Assembly: GCA_965240325.2 (NCBI GenBank)
Contig: OZ251225.1
Coordinates: 62,001 to 126,000, forward strand
Origin: Rebecca billardiae RCC1528
Taxonomy: Eukaryota > Protista > Haptophyta
Length of the DNA: 64,000 bases
Direction: 5' to 3'
Part shown: piece by piece, positions 48,473 through 59,866 of the stretch
Layout: the number at the start of each line of letters is the position of its first letter
How positions within the stretch are numbered: the stretch's first letter is position 1
The notes under the pieces: generated by a model
What the model saw: only the letters and a program-made list of their open reading frames with translations
What the model was told of the DNA's origin: nothing
Databases searched by the model: none
Program-made: the position numbers and the translations under genes

Positions 48473-50926
48473 TCATGCGCACTGCTCCTCGCCCCGCCCG
48501 CCCGCCGCCCCGCTCGCTTCGCACAGCAGCCGGTGCGCGTGCCAGCCCGCGCGCTGGCACTCCCTGTCGCAGTAGTACACAGCGCGGCACGCGCCGCACT
48601 TGCGCATCGTCGGCTCGCCCTTGGCTCGGCAGTGGCCGCAGTGCGCGCACACGCCGCGCGGCCCCTTCTTGGCCGGCCGCGCGCCGTCCGTTGCCGGCGC
48701 GCTCGCGGCCGCCGCGAAAGCCTCTGGCGGTGCGCCCGCTGCGGGCGCGCCCGCCGCCGCGGGCCCGCCTGCGCTCTCGGCCGGCGCGCCGGACGGCCCG
48801 CCCGCCGCGCCGCGCGCCGCCGCCGCTCGCGGGCTGTCTGGCTCAGCGCCGACGCGTCCGGCCGCGCTCGGCGCGCCGGGCGCATCAAAGCAGCGCCAGC
48901 GCAGGCAGAAGGTGCGCCAGCGAGCCTGGCACGCCGCCAAGTGTGCTTCGTCCTCCGCGCGCAACGCCCCGAGGTCCAGGCGCGCGCGAGCCTGCCGCTC
49001 CGGCTCGGCAGCAAGGAGCGGGGCGGGCGAGCGCGGCTCAGGTCGGTTGCTGTGCCGGTGCCCGCCTGCGATCACAGCCAGGGCGGTGCGCTCAGTCTCC
49101 GAGCACTCCGCCCAGTAGTGCACCTCGGCGGCGAGGGCATATTCCACACGGCGGTCCAGATCCAGAGGCAGGTCGTGCAGACCACGCCCGGGCTGAGCTG
49201 GTTGGTGGGCAGCAGCTTCATGCATGCGCCATGCTGCGCGCTCGAGCGCGCTCAGCTCGGCGTGCGCGCGCAGCCACGCGCTGCCCACGCTCTCCCTGGG
49301 CCCCTCTCTGGGCGCAGCCGCAGCCGCCGACGGGCCGGGCGGTGCAGGGACGAAGCTGGTCATGGTGGATTGCAGGACTGCGCGCGCGAGTGCGTGGTGT
49401 GCGCGCTTGCTGAGCATGTCGGCTTCGGCCGCGTACCGCAGAGCTCGATGCGCGGGACTGAGCGGCGCGCCCGCCGCCGACGCCAACAGCCTGAGCCGCT
49501 CCAAGTGCTCTCCCGCGTCGTAGTGGTGAGCACTCACCTGGTTGTCCTCGAGCGCGGCGGCACACTCGAGGCAGCGCTGCTGTGCGGCGTCACTCGCACG
49601 TAGGAGGGGCGCCCCGGCTTCGCCCTGCTCGGGCTCGCTGAGCCGCCCGATCAGCGCGAGCGTGCGGTCGCGCCACGCCAGCGGGCTCTCGGGGAAGGCG
49701 TGCGTCTGCGCGGACGCGAGCGCGCGCTTGAGGCCGAGCACCGCCGGCAGCTCTGCCCAGCGGGGCGGCAGCTCGTCAAGGGCGCGGATGCGCTGCGAGC
49801 GGCACACGAGCACGTCGGGCTGGCGCGTCGGGCACCGCGCGTCCGCCGTCTCCTCCGCGCGCACCGCCGCCCACGCCGCGCCGATCGGCAGCCCGCTCGC
49901 CAGCGCCTCCGCCATCGTCCACAGGCTGTACGCCTCGAACGGCGCGGCGGCGCTGCACGCGCACGCGCAGCGGTACTGCGCGTCCAGCGCGGCGCTGCCC
50001 GCCATCTCGAGCGCGCGGCGCAGCTCGGCGCGCGCGGTGTCGCCGCCCTCGCGCAGCGCGGCGCGGGAGAAGGGCACGCGCGAGCGCACGTGCGCCGCCG
50101 AGAGCACGAGGTGCGCGTGCAGCCCCTCCGCGGCCACGCGCCCGCCCCCCTCCGCGGCCACGCGCCCGCCGCCCGCGGGCGCGCCCGAGCGCGCGGCGGC
50201 TGCGCGGACGAGCTCCTCGACGCTGACGGCGGGCGCGGAGCGGCTGACGCGCACGCCGCGCGAGAGGTCGGCGCCGAAGAGCGCGAGCGCCTCGGCGCAC
50301 TGGTAGTGCCCGAAGCACCACGCCGCGCCGAGCAGCGAGCCGCGCGCATGCGGCGCATGCGGGCTGAAGCCGCGCCGCAGCAGCTGCACGCACACGTCGC
50401 GCGCGCCGTCGGCGGGCAGGCCGCCGACGGAGAGCGTGTTCGGCACGGTGAGGGCGAGCACGCTGCGCTGCTCGCAGAACTCCACGTCCAGCCGCGCGTG
50501 CGCCAGCAGCCGCATGAAGAGGTAGAGCGCAGAGCCGCGCGACGGCGCGTTCTGCGCGCTGCGGCGCGCGTGCGTCTCGATGGCGGCGTACAGCGCGCTG
50601 CGGTCGGGCGTGGGCCCGGCGAAGTTGGGGTCGGCGCCGTGCTCGAGCAGCGTGAGCGCCGCCTCCACGTACAGCGAGTCGCACGCCTCGCCGAGCAGCG
50701 TGACGCCGCGCTCGCCCGGCGTGTCGATGTCGAGGTGCTCCGGGCCGGACACGTTGGCCTTGAGCGCGGAGGAGACGGCCACCGCGCCCTCGCGCAGCGC
50801 GAGGCGGAGCTTCAGGAGCCGCGCGTGCCTGGGCACGTCGGGCACCTCGACAACCGGCGCGTCCGCGCCGCCGCGCGCGCCGGCGCTCGGCGGCTCCTTC
50901 TTCCGCCGATGATTCTTCTTCGCCAT
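48473..50926 (-). CDS. Ankyrin-repeat and MYND zinc finger protein
   Basis: LLEHGADPN; CAHC..CGACRAVYYCDRECQRAGWHAHRLLC. Confidence 0.85.
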   Translation of the reverse strand: MAKKNHRRKKEPPSAGARGGADAPVVEVPDVPRHARLLKLRLALREGAVAVSSALKANVSGPEHLDIDTPGERGVTLLGEACDSLYVEAALTLLEHGADPNFAGPTPDRSALYAAIETHARRSAQNAPSRGSALYLFMRLLAHARLDVEFCEQRSVLALTVPNTLSVGGLPADGARDVCVQLLRRGFSPHAPHARGSLLGAAWCFGHYQCAEALALFGADLSRGVRVSRSAPAVSVEELVRAAAARSGAPAGGGRVAAEGGGRVAAEGLHAHLVLSAAHVRSRVPFSRAALREGGDTARAELRRALEMAGSAALDAQYRCACACSAAAPFEAYSLWTMAEALASGLPIGAAWAAVRAEETADARCPTRQPDVLVCRSQRIRALDELPPRWAELPAVLGLKRALASAQTHAFPESPLAWRDRTLALIGRLSEPEQGEAGAPLLRASDAAQQRCLECAAALEDNQVSAHHYDAGEHLERLRLLASAAGAPLSPAHRALRYAAEADMLSKRAHHALARAVLQSTMTSFVPAPPGPSAAAAAPREGPRESVGSAWLRAHAELSALERAAWRMHEAAAHQPAQPGRGLHDLPLDLDRRVEYALAAEVHYWAECSETERTALAVIAGGHRHSNRPEPRSPAPLLAAEPERQARARLDLGALRAEDEAHLAACQARWRTFCLRWRCFDAPGAPSAAGRVGAEPDSPRAAAARGAAGGPSGAPAESAGGPAAAGAPAAGAPPEAFAAAASAPATDGARPAKKGPRGVCAHCGHCRAKGEPTMRKCGACRAVYYCDRECQRAGWHAHRLLCEASGAAGGRGEEQCA

Positions 50927-51311
50927 CGCCGGGCGGCCCCGGCCGGGCGGGCGCAAGCGAGTGAGTGAAGCGGTGTGCGTGTGTGACGGCGCCGTTCTAC
51001 AGTCTACACTGCTTCACGATCGACGAGACGCGACGACGACTACGACTGATGTGATGAATTCCAATCCCAACCCCCAAACTGGGCTTTACAGTGTGCTCAT
51101 TTCAGCCGCGCCTCGCCTGTTTTCATCGGCTGCTGCCTGCTGCCGAACGGCGAAGTGAAAGATCATTCTGTGAAGACGACGTGTCGCGCTGAGGACAGCG
51201 TCGCGCGACGGCCTCCCCGTGGCAGAGACGACGCCGGTGCCGACGCCCAGTGGCCTCGAGCACAGCTGTGGGCACCTCGGCAGACGGCGCCCCAGGGCTG
51301 CTCGGCACTCG

Positions 51312-54300
51312 TCAGACGTGCCCGCCGCCGCCGCCGCCGCCGCCGCCGCCGAGCCTCCTGAGCCGTCCGAGCAGCGAGCCCGACGCTGCTCGGTCGGGCA
51401 CGAGGCCGTGCTTGACGAGGTGGGCGTGGCGCCACTGCGCCCAGCGCGTCTGCCGCCGGCGGCGCAGCCGGCGCTGGATCGTGCGCGCCGCGTCGTCCAC
51501 CTGCCTCGCCGAGTGCACGCGCGGCGCGGGCGCCGCCGCGGCCGCGCGCTCGGCGCCGCGCTCGCGGTCGTGGCACAGCGCGTACACGCGGTCGGTCGAG
51601 CGCACGCGCGTGTCGTTGGGCGGGTTGGTGAAGACAAACGGCAGCACGCGCAGCACCTTGTCCTGCGACGTCTGGTTGCGCCAGCGGTACAGCCCGAGCG
51701 GCAGCAGCCCGTGCGCGAGCAGGTGCGCGCACAGCTCCTCGTACGTGAGCGTGGACGTGCCGCGCCGCGCGCCAAACGGGCCGAGGCTCGGCGCACCCGC
51801 CGGAGGCGGCGCGCGCCCGCCGGCGCGCGCGCCCGCCGCCTCCGCCTCGGCCGAGGCGGGGTCGGGCGGCACGCCGGGCGGGCGCGCGGGCTCGGGCATC
51901 GGCAGCGCGCGCGCCTTGAGCTCGGGCGGCAGCTCGAACAGCTTGAGCTGCACCGGGTCGATGAGCTCGTCGGTGAGCGCGCGCAGGAAGGCGATCAGCC
52001 CCTCCTTCGCCCAGCCCATCATCAGCGGGTACAGCATCTCGTCCGCGAAGACCGCGCCGGTGGAGTAGGTGGGCGCGGAGAGGTGGCCGGCGACCGCGTC
52101 GTCCGAGCGCGGCCACCAGCTCGAGCGCTCGACGAAGCGCATGTCCTGCGTGGACGAGAGCGAGACGAGCACGCGCACGCGGTTCGGGTAGGGCAGCATG
52201 GCCTCCACCATCGTCGCGGCCACGACGGCGTCCATGCGCTGCTCGCCGCCGTCGGCCAGCCCCTGCGGGAAGATGAGGACGGAGTGCAGCCCGGGCGCGA
52301 GGATGTGCTCCTTGAGCGTCTCGTGCTCGAGCGCGTCCGCGTGCACGTACACGTACCGGGGCACGCCCGGCCGCGCCTTGGAGTGGCCGCCGTGGCGCGC
52401 GAGCAGCTTGGGCAGCCCGCGGAACGAGGGCAGCGCGGCCACGTGCACCACGTGCACAAAGTGCGCCATCACGCGCGTGCTGTCGAGCACAGAGCCGAGC
52501 AGCACGTCGAGGTCGTCGGGCGCGCCCAGGATCACGATGCGCTCGCCCCGCTGCAGCGAGCGCAGCTCCGTGCCGCTCACCTCGCCGCCCGGCAGGCCGG
52601 CGGCGCGGCCGGCGCCGGGCGACGCGCCGCCCGCCGGCGCGCCGCCGAAGCGCGCGCCCGCGCGCGCCACCGGGATGTCCGGCTCGGGCGGCGGCGCGGC
52701 CGAGGCGACGAAGCGCGCGAGCGCGCGGTCGGAGCGCGCCATCCACACGCCCTCCATGCCCGCGCGCAGGCTGAGGTCGCCGCGCCAGATCAGCATGTCG
52801 TCCCCCGAGCGCAGCCCGAGCAGCTGGATGCCGTCCACGCCCACCAGCCGCTCGTACAGCCACTGCGCGCGCCGGCCGAGCGCCCAGGCGGGCAGGCTGT
52901 GCACGAGCAGCTGCGACTCGGCGCCGAGCAGGTACTCGCCGTGGTCGCGCTCGGTGGAGAAGGCGCGCCACGCGTCGCGCCCGTCCACGCCGAGCGCGCG
53001 GTGCGACGCCATCGTCATGTCGTCGCGGTGCAGCTGGCGCTGCTGGGTGGTCGAGCTGCGCCGCACGGCCGCGTGCGAGCCCGCGTGGTGCGGCTCGGCG
53101 CCCAGGCTGAACGAGTGGCGCTGGTGGTGCTGCCCCTGCTGCCCCTGCTGCCCCTGCTGCCCGTGCGCAGGCGGCTGCTGCCCGTGCTTCGGCTTCTGCT
53201 GCGGCTGCTGCTGCTGGTGGTGGCTGCTGCCGCCGGCGGCGGGCGCGCGCTTGGCGCCGCCGGCGGGCGCGTACACGCCGCTCATCCGGCGCAGCTTGTG
53301 CGCCGTCAGGTCCGCGCGCGCGCGCATCGAGCTGCGCCGCGCCGCGGCCACGCTCACGCCCGCCGCGCCCGCCGCGTCCTCCTCGTCCGACGAGTCCTCC
53401 AGCGCCCACGCGCGGTTGCGGTCGTCCTGCCCAAACTCCTTGCCCGAGATGAGCAGGTTGGAGACGAGGCAGAGCACGCCCGGCGCGTCGGTGATCGACT
53501 TGGCGAGGAAGCGCATCTGCAGGTCGTTCGTGCACAGCACCTCGTGCACGCCGATGTTCGCCGCGACCGCGAGCGTCGCGGTGCGCGCGAGCAGGCACGT
53601 GACCGCCCACGGCGGCACAAAGTTGAGCAGCGCGAGCACGCGCAGCACGCCGTGCGAGTCGTTCTCGACGCGCCCGACCGAGCCGCAGTACACGAAGGCG
53701 CGCGTCGCGTTGCGCAGCACGAGCGGCGCGTCCTTCGTGCCCAGCTCCGTGCTCGTGAGCACGTCGCCCTCGTACGCGTACAGCCGCGCGGCCGAGTGCC
53801 TCGGCAGCGCGCCCAGCTCGTACGCCTCGAGCGGCAGCGTCGAGAGCACCACGATCTTCTCGGGCGGCCGGTGGTACTCGTCGCGGAGCTGCCGCTCGTA
53901 GTTGCGCAGGAAGATGCGCAGCTGCCACGGCGTGACGTACCCGCAGAGCAGCACGAACGGCTCCTCCGCGCCGGGCGGCTGCCCCCACGCCGTGAGCCGC
54001 TCGGAGAAGGCCGTCTGCAGCTGCCCCACCTGCTCTGGGATCCACGTGATCGTGATCACGATCGCCGAGATGCAGATCAGCCGGGAGAGCGGCGTGGACG
54101 GCGAGAAGTCGCCGTAGCCGACGGTGGAGCCGGTGACGACGGCGAAGTAGAAGAAGTCGAAGAAGTTGGCGAACGTCTCGTCGCCGTTCAGCCGCGCCTC
54201 GAGCGTGAACATCGAGCCGGCGATCACGAGGAAGATGCACGCGACCGCGAGCGCGAGCGAGGCGATGCGCACGCGCACCGAGCGCACGTGCAGCTTCTTG

Positions 54301-55355
54301 AGCGTGAGCGCGTTCACGCGGTGCGCCGAGAGGAAGCGCAGCCAGCCGAACTGCAGCAGGAACAGGTGCGGCTCGGCGGAGAGCCGGTCGAGCTGCCACA
54401 GCGCGCCGAGCGACTCGGCGTGCCCCGGCTCGCCGCACGGCGGCACGCGCTCGCCCGAGAGCGACAAGTCGTTGAGCGAGCGCAGCAGCCCGGTGACGAG
54501 CAGGATGGCGGGCGGCTGCGTGATCAGCTCGACGAACGAGCCCATCGTGAGCACGTGCGCCCAGCCGTTCGACAGCACCTCGAGCGCGTAGTCGAGGAAC
54601 GTCGTCCACAGCGAGACCGCGTTGACGACGAGCACGCCGCGCGGCATGGCCGACCAGTCCCACTGCCCGCACTCGTCGCGCTCGCGCAAGTAGTAGGTGG
54701 ACCAGACGTAGCAGAGGCAGTAGAAGCCGAGGCGGCAGAGCCGGCTCACCCAGTAGTTGGGCGTGTCGAGCAGCTGCGTCGCGAGGCGGAGGCCGCGCCA
54801 AAGCGCGGTGCGCGCCGCGCTCGCCGGGCGCGCGCGCGAGCGCGCGCTCCGCAGGAGCCGCGGGTCCCACGACGAGCGGCCGCTCGCCTCGTCGGGCTCG
54901 GAGGGCGCGCCGAAGGCCGCCTCGCGCTGCCGCGCGAGCTTGTCCGCGAGCCGCTTCACCTTGCTCGGCCGATTGAGCGCGGACGCCACGGCGGGCAGCA
55001 GCATGCCCGCCCAGATCGCGAGCGCCAGGCCAAACGAGATCGCGACGAGCTCGGTCGAGCCGCGCGGCGCGCCGAAGAGCTCGACGGTGACCGGGCTCGA
55101 TGCGAACGCGACGAACTGCAGCGCGAAGATCGCACCCAGGTAGAGCAGCACGCGCAGGCCGATCAGCCGCTTCCGCTTGCCCGCGCGGCCGATGAGCGCC
55201 TGCTTCTCGACGCGGTCGAGGTTGATGCGCAGCCGCTCCACGTCCACGTCCCCGAGCGACTTGAAGAGGCTCAGCCCGTCGCTCTTCGACGAGAGCGTCT
55301 TGGTCAGGCTGCGCGCGACCTTGCGCACCGGCGAGCGCTCGCCCTCGCGGGCCAT
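51312..55355 (-). CDS. BK/Slo-type calcium-activated potassium channel
   Basis: TM segments, pore STVGYGD, RCK-like domains, VFTNPP, C-terminal IQ-like motif. Confidence 0.85.
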   Translation of the reverse strand: MAREGERSPVRKVARSLTKTLSSKSDGLSLFKSLGDVDVERLRINLDRVEKQALIGRAGKRKRLIGLRVLLYLGAIFALQFVAFASSPVTVELFGAPRGSTELVAISFGLALAIWAGMLLPAVASALNRPSKVKRLADKLARQREAAFGAPSEPDEASGRSSWDPRLLRSARSRARPASAARTALWRGLRLATQLLDTPNYWVSRLCRLGFYCLCYVWSTYYLRERDECGQWDWSAMPRGVLVVNAVSLWTTFLDYALEVLSNGWAHVLTMGSFVELITQPPAILLVTGLLRSLNDLSLSGERVPPCGEPGHAESLGALWQLDRLSAEPHLFLLQFGWLRFLSAHRVNALTLKKLHVRSVRVRIASLALAVACIFLVIAGSMFTLEARLNGDETFANFFDFFYFAVVTGSTVGYGDFSPSTPLSRLICISAIVITITWIPEQVGQLQTAFSERLTAWGQPPGAEEPFVLLCGYVTPWQLRIFLRNYERQLRDEYHRPPEKIVVLSTLPLEAYELGALPRHSAARLYAYEGDVLTSTELGTKDAPLVLRNATRAFVYCGSVGRVENDSHGVLRVLALLNFVPPWAVTCLLARTATLAVAANIGVHEVLCTNDLQMRFLAKSITDAPGVLCLVSNLLISGKEFGQDDRNRAWALEDSSDEEDAAGAAGVSVAAARRSSMRARADLTAHKLRRMSGVYAPAGGAKRAPAAGGSSHHQQQQPQQKPKHGQQPPAHGQQGQQGQQGQHHQRHSFSLGAEPHHAGSHAAVRRSSTTQQRQLHRDDMTMASHRALGVDGRDAWRAFSTERDHGEYLLGAESQLLVHSLPAWALGRRAQWLYERLVGVDGIQLLGLRSGDDMLIWRGDLSLRAGMEGVWMARSDRALARFVASAAPPPEPDIPVARAGARFGGAPAGGASPGAGRAAGLPGGEVSGTELRSLQRGERIVILGAPDDLDVLLGSVLDSTRVMAHFVHVVHVAALPSFRGLPKLLARHGGHSKARPGVPRYVYVHADALEHETLKEHILAPGLHSVLIFPQGLADGGEQRMDAVVAATMVEAMLPYPNRVRVLVSLSSTQDMRFVERSSWWPRSDDAVAGHLSAPTYSTGAVFADEMLYPLMMGWAKEGLIAFLRALTDELIDPVQLKLFELPPELKARALPMPEPARPPGVPPDPASAEAEAAGARAGGRAPPPAGAPSLGPFGARRGTSTLTYEELCAHLLAHGLLPLGLYRWRNQTSQDKVLRVLPFVFTNPPNDTRVRSTDRVYALCHDRERGAERAAAAAPAPRVHSARQVDDAARTIQRRLRRRRQTRWAQWRHAHLVKHGLVPDRAASGSLLGRLRRLGGGGGGGGGGHV

Positions 55356-55614
55356 GGCGAATGGGCTCGGAGAGCAATCCGGCGCGCTCCAGCCGACGAC
55401 AGGCGGACAGCTTGCCAGCGCGGGCCGCGGCTTGCACACCGTCCGAGTCGTGTATGATAGCAACTTGAGATGCCCGAAATAGAATGAGTATGATCATGTG
55501 GGTACGCAGCCGCATTCTCATATCATGCGGGTACGCAATGGATGAAGAGGAGTGAGTGAGGACTGAAGACCCGACGACGCCATCGTTGATTACTCAGCAT
55601 ATAGGCGCAGCCCG

Positions 55615-57282
55615 ATGCGCGCGAGCGGCCTCGCGCTGGCGCTCGGCGCGGTGGCTCTGGCCCTGCTGCCGGCATCGCGCGCGTCCACTCCGCCTCCGAC
55701 GCCGCCGCTCGGCCTCGAGTGCCCGCGCCGGCTGCCGCCGCCGCCGCCGCCGCCGCCGTCGTCCACCTTCTTTGCCGAGCTGCTCGGCTCGAGCTCGATG
55801 GCGAGGGCGGGCACGTCGATGCGCCGGCCGCCGTCGGGCGTGCGCGACCTGCGCGCCGAGATCGTGCGCACGCCGCCGTGCAACTGCACCGTCTTCGCCT
55901 ACGCCCACCTGCGCAAGTGCGCGGGCGTGAGCGTGCGCTCGCTGCTGCTCTCGCAGCTCGACGAGTGGCGCTGGTCGGGCTACTGCGTCACGCTGCGCTC
56001 GGTGCGCAAGGTGTGGTCGGAGCGGGGCGAGGGCCGCCGCGGCGCGCCGGGGCCGCGCGGCCAGAAGCGCCTCGACGCGCTCGACGCCTCGCCGCGCTGG
56101 TTTGTGGAGGTGCACTGCCGGCCCGAGCTCTCCGAGTTTGTGCAAGGCCTGATCGAGCTGCGCGCGCTGCTGGCGCAGAGGGGGTGCGCGCTCGTCTCGG
56201 GGATCACGCTGCGCGACCCGGTGGGGATGCTGCTCTCCGAGTTCGACTACTTCCGCAACGACCACGAGAAGCGCGGCCTCGACGTCGCCGCCTTCGCCGC
56301 GCGCAAGCGCGAGTACCTGCTGCTCGGCTCGGGCGCGGACCTGGGCTTCAGCGCGCTCGGGCTGCCGCTGCAGCTGCCGCCGACGGTGGCGAACGAGCTG
56401 CCCGCCGCCGAGTGGCGGTACGCGCGGGCGGAGCGGCTGGCCGGCGGCGCGCCGGGCGCGCGCCCGCCCGAGCCCGCCGCGCACGCCGCGCACGCCCCCG
56501 CCGCCTCGCCCGCCGCGCTCGAGGCCATCCGCGCCGCGCGGCTGCGCGCCGACCGCGCGTACGACGAGTACGCGGCCGTGCGCGCGGCGCGCATCGCCTC
56601 GCGCAAGCACGAGTCGGGCGGCGCGGCGCGGTGGCGGCCGCCGCCGTCGTGGATCGCGCGGTGGGACCTGCAGCTCGCGCACGCGCTGCAGGCCGCGCAG
56701 CTCGCGCGCGCGCGCTGGCTCGACGCGCTGAGCGCCGGCGGGCTGCTCGAGTGCGGTGCGCTGCTGCAGCGCGCGGAGGCGCTGCTCTCCGCCTTCGACG
56801 TGCTCGGCTTCGTCGAGCGGATGGACGCGACGCTGCTGCTGCTCGTGGACGCGCTCGGGCTGCAGCACGTGCCCTCGTGGGCGTACGACAACACGGGCGG
56901 CGGCGAGCGCGTCACGCTGCACTCCGCGCTGTGGGCCTCGCTCAACGTGAGCAGCTCGCGCACGCGGCCGAGCGGCGCCGAGCTGCGGCGGCTCCGGCCG
57001 GAGCTCACGCGGCTCAACGCGTGCTCGACGCGGCTGTACGCGCGGCTGCTCGCGCGCTTCGACGCGGAGGTGGCGCGCAAGCCCGCCGAGTGGCACGCGC
57101 GGCTCAAGCGCATGCCGCGCCGCGCGCATTCCCTGGGCACCAGCGTGCCCCGCGTGTCGCCGGCGCGACGGCAGACGCTGGGAGCGGCCGGCGGCGCACG
57201 GCCGGCGCCGCACCGCGCCGGGCCGTCCGCGCGCCCGCGAGGGCGCTCCCACCGCACGCCGCTGCGCTACGGTGGCAGCTAG
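55615..57282 (+). CDS. Sulfotransferase-like secreted/Golgi protein
   Basis: Signal peptide; YAHLRKCAGVSV, TLRDP..LSEFDY, FDVLGFVER, LN..S.RLY. Confidence 0.7.
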   Translation: MRASGLALALGAVALALLPASRASTPPPTPPLGLECPRRLPPPPPPPPSSTFFAELLGSSSMARAGTSMRRPPSGVRDLRAEIVRTPPCNCTVFAYAHLRKCAGVSVRSLLLSQLDEWRWSGYCVTLRSVRKVWSERGEGRRGAPGPRGQKRLDALDASPRWFVEVHCRPELSEFVQGLIELRALLAQRGCALVSGITLRDPVGMLLSEFDYFRNDHEKRGLDVAAFAARKREYLLLGSGADLGFSALGLPLQLPPTVANELPAAEWRYARAERLAGGAPGARPPEPAAHAAHAPAASPAALEAIRAARLRADRAYDEYAAVRAARIASRKHESGGAARWRPPPSWIARWDLQLAHALQAAQLARARWLDALSAGGLLECGALLQRAEALLSAFDVLGFVERMDATLLLLVDALGLQHVPSWAYDNTGGGERVTLHSALWASLNVSSSRTRPSGAELRRLRPELTRLNACSTRLYARLLARFDAEVARKPAEWHARLKRMPRRAHSLGTSVPRVSPARRQTLGAAGGARPAPHRAGPSARPRGRSHRTPLRYGGS

Positions 57283-57605
57283 GATAGGGGACATCGCTCG
57301 CGCTCGTGTGATCACCGTCGTTTCGGACCCTCGAACGACTCATCACAGCGCTGAACCCCACCGTCTGCTGTCTGCCTGAGCTGTGTGCGTCAGGCTTATT
57401 CGTCTTAGTAAACTGTAAGCTAGCGCTACTGTTTCCTAGTACTAAGAATAAGAGACGCACATCAACTGCTCACCAACTGCCGCGGCCGCACGTTCAACGT
57501 GACGCCATCGCAGTTCTTGGAGCGGAAGCAGAAGCTGGGCGAACAAAGGTGGACAGGTTGGTGCATCAGAAAACGCTCGCCCCGCCGCAACGGCCCACGC
57601 CCACG

Positions 57606-59246
57606 ATGGACGCTGACGACGCCCACGCACGCGACGCGGAGATGGAGGGGACGCGCGTGCACAAGGTCCGCGGCACGCACTTTGAGGTACGCGCCTGAGC
57701 GGCCTCAGCCCTCCGCCACGCCGCGCGCGCGGCCCGTGGGGCGAGCGCGCGCGCGCGGCCGCGCGCGCGGCGGCGGCGGCCCGCGCCCCGGCCCGCGCAT
57801 CCGCCGACGCGCTGCCCACACGCGTGCGCCGGTGCACGCAGGTGGACGCGCGCTACACGGTGCAGAAGTACCTCGGCAGCGGCAGCTACGGCGTCGTGAT
57901 CAGCGCGCTCACCCCCGAGAACGGCCCCGTCGCCATCAAGAAGATCGGTGCGCGCGCGTCGGCGCCACCACCGTCGCCGCCGCCGCGGCCGCGCGGCGGC
58001 CGCGCGCGTGCGGGGGCGCCACCGCTCACGCGCGCGGCGGCACGCGCGCGTCTGCGCAGCCAACGTCTTCAAGAACGACACGACCGCCAAGCGCACGGTG
58101 CGCGAGGTGCTCCTGATGATGCACATGCGGCACGACAACGTGATCGGCATTTCCGACCTGATGGCTGCGAGTGGGCCGGACGGCACGGGCGGCACCGACC
58201 TGTACGTGGTCTCCGAGCTGATGGACACGGACCTGCACAAGGTGATCCGCTCGCCGCAGCCGCTCAGCGACCAGCACGTGCAGTACTTCCTCTACCAGAC
58301 GCTGCGCGGCCTCAAGTACGTGCACAGCGCCAACATCCTGCACCGCGACATCAAGCCGTCCAACCTGCTCGTCAACGAGAACTGCGACCTGCGCGTGACG
58401 GACTTTGGGCTGGCGCGCTCGGTGTCGCCCGAGTCGGCGGCGGCGGGCGCGGCGGGCGACGCGCCCGAGTTCCTCACCGAGTACGTCGTCACCCGCTGGT
58501 ACCGCGCGCCCGAGGTCGTCCTCTCGAGCGGCGCGTACACCAAGGCCATCGACGTTTGGAGCGTGGGCTGCGTCTTTGCCGAGCTGCTCGCGCGCAAGCC
58601 GCTCTTCCCGGGGAGCGACCACGTGTCGCAGCTGAACTGCATCCTCGAGGTGACGGGCTCGCCCACCGCCGACCAGCTCGGCCACCTGCCCGAGAAGGCG
58701 CGGCGGTACCTCCTCTCGATGCCGCAGCGGCAGCCCAAGCCGCTGCACAGCCTGTTCCCCGACGCGAGCGAGGGCGCGCTGCAGCTGCTCGCGCAGATGC
58801 TGCAGTTCGACCCCGCGCGGAGGATCTCGGTGGAGGAGGCGCTGGCGCACCCGTACCTCGCGACGTTTCACAACGAGGCGCTCGAGCCGTGCGCGGAGCG
58901 GCCCTTCAACTTTGCGCTCGAGGGCCAGGTGCGGCGGCGCGCGCGCGCAGCCGCGCGCTCGCGCCACGCCGGCGTCGCGCTCACCGCGCCTCGCCCCTGT
59001 CTCGCGCCGCGCGCCGCGCAGGACCCGGCGGAGCTGCTCTGGGCAGCGCTGTGCCAGTACAGGCCCGAGCTCGCCGCCTCCGCGCCGCCCGTGCGCCGCC
59101 GCCCCAGCCGAGGCCTCGCGGGCGACTGCAAGACGTCGAGCGCGCAGCAGTACGCGCGCTACAAGCCGGGAACGGCGCACGGCGCGCCGCCGCCGGCCGC
59201 GCCGTTCGGCGCAGCGGCGGGCACGAACAAGGAGGGAACCGCCTGA
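57606..59246 (+). CDS. Mitogen-activated protein kinase (TEY)
   Basis: GSGSYG, VAIKKI, HRDIKPSN, DFG, TEYVVTRWYRAPE. Introns 57687-57841, 57948-58059, 58929-59021. Confidence 0.95.
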
Positions 59247-59866
59247 GCGCCGGCCGGCCGCGCGGCATGCGCGCCGCCGGGTGGAGGCACGAGGCGCATC
59301 GGGGGTTGCGCCCCGAGGACCGGGCGAGGTCCCCGTGCAGCCGACTGCGCGGCGTCAGCCGCCGCGCAGCGCGCACGCGGCCACCCGTGCGGCCCACCTG
59401 CATCCGGCGGAGCCGTCGGCCGTCCGCTCCATCCGCCCGCCCGGGCGGAGCACATCGAGCTGTCACATGCCCCACCGGTGGGCAGCCGCACTCATGTGTT
59501 GAACAGTCTCAGTCTTAGTACACCACACCGCCGTTTCCTTGTCAGTTTTCTTTTCGGTCCAGGGCCGTGGCCGGCGTGGGCGACGCCGACGACGGCTGTC
59601 GGCTGGTCAGTGGTCATCAATCAGGTCAGGCGCCCTCGTCTAGATAACCGCCCGATTCCGTTACCGTTCGTGAATTAGTGGGCGGGTATTTCAGCCGAGA
59701 TCATAGTAGTAGTAACGTTCACGATTTATCAACCCCTAAAGTATTGACGTTGCACCTGTAATGGGTCTCATGATCTACCAAGATCAAGGTCAGCACTGAC
59801 ATCATCGGAGCTCAGGCCTCAGCTGCCACTTACGGAGGCCGCCCGCCTCGTCGGCGGCCGGGCGCG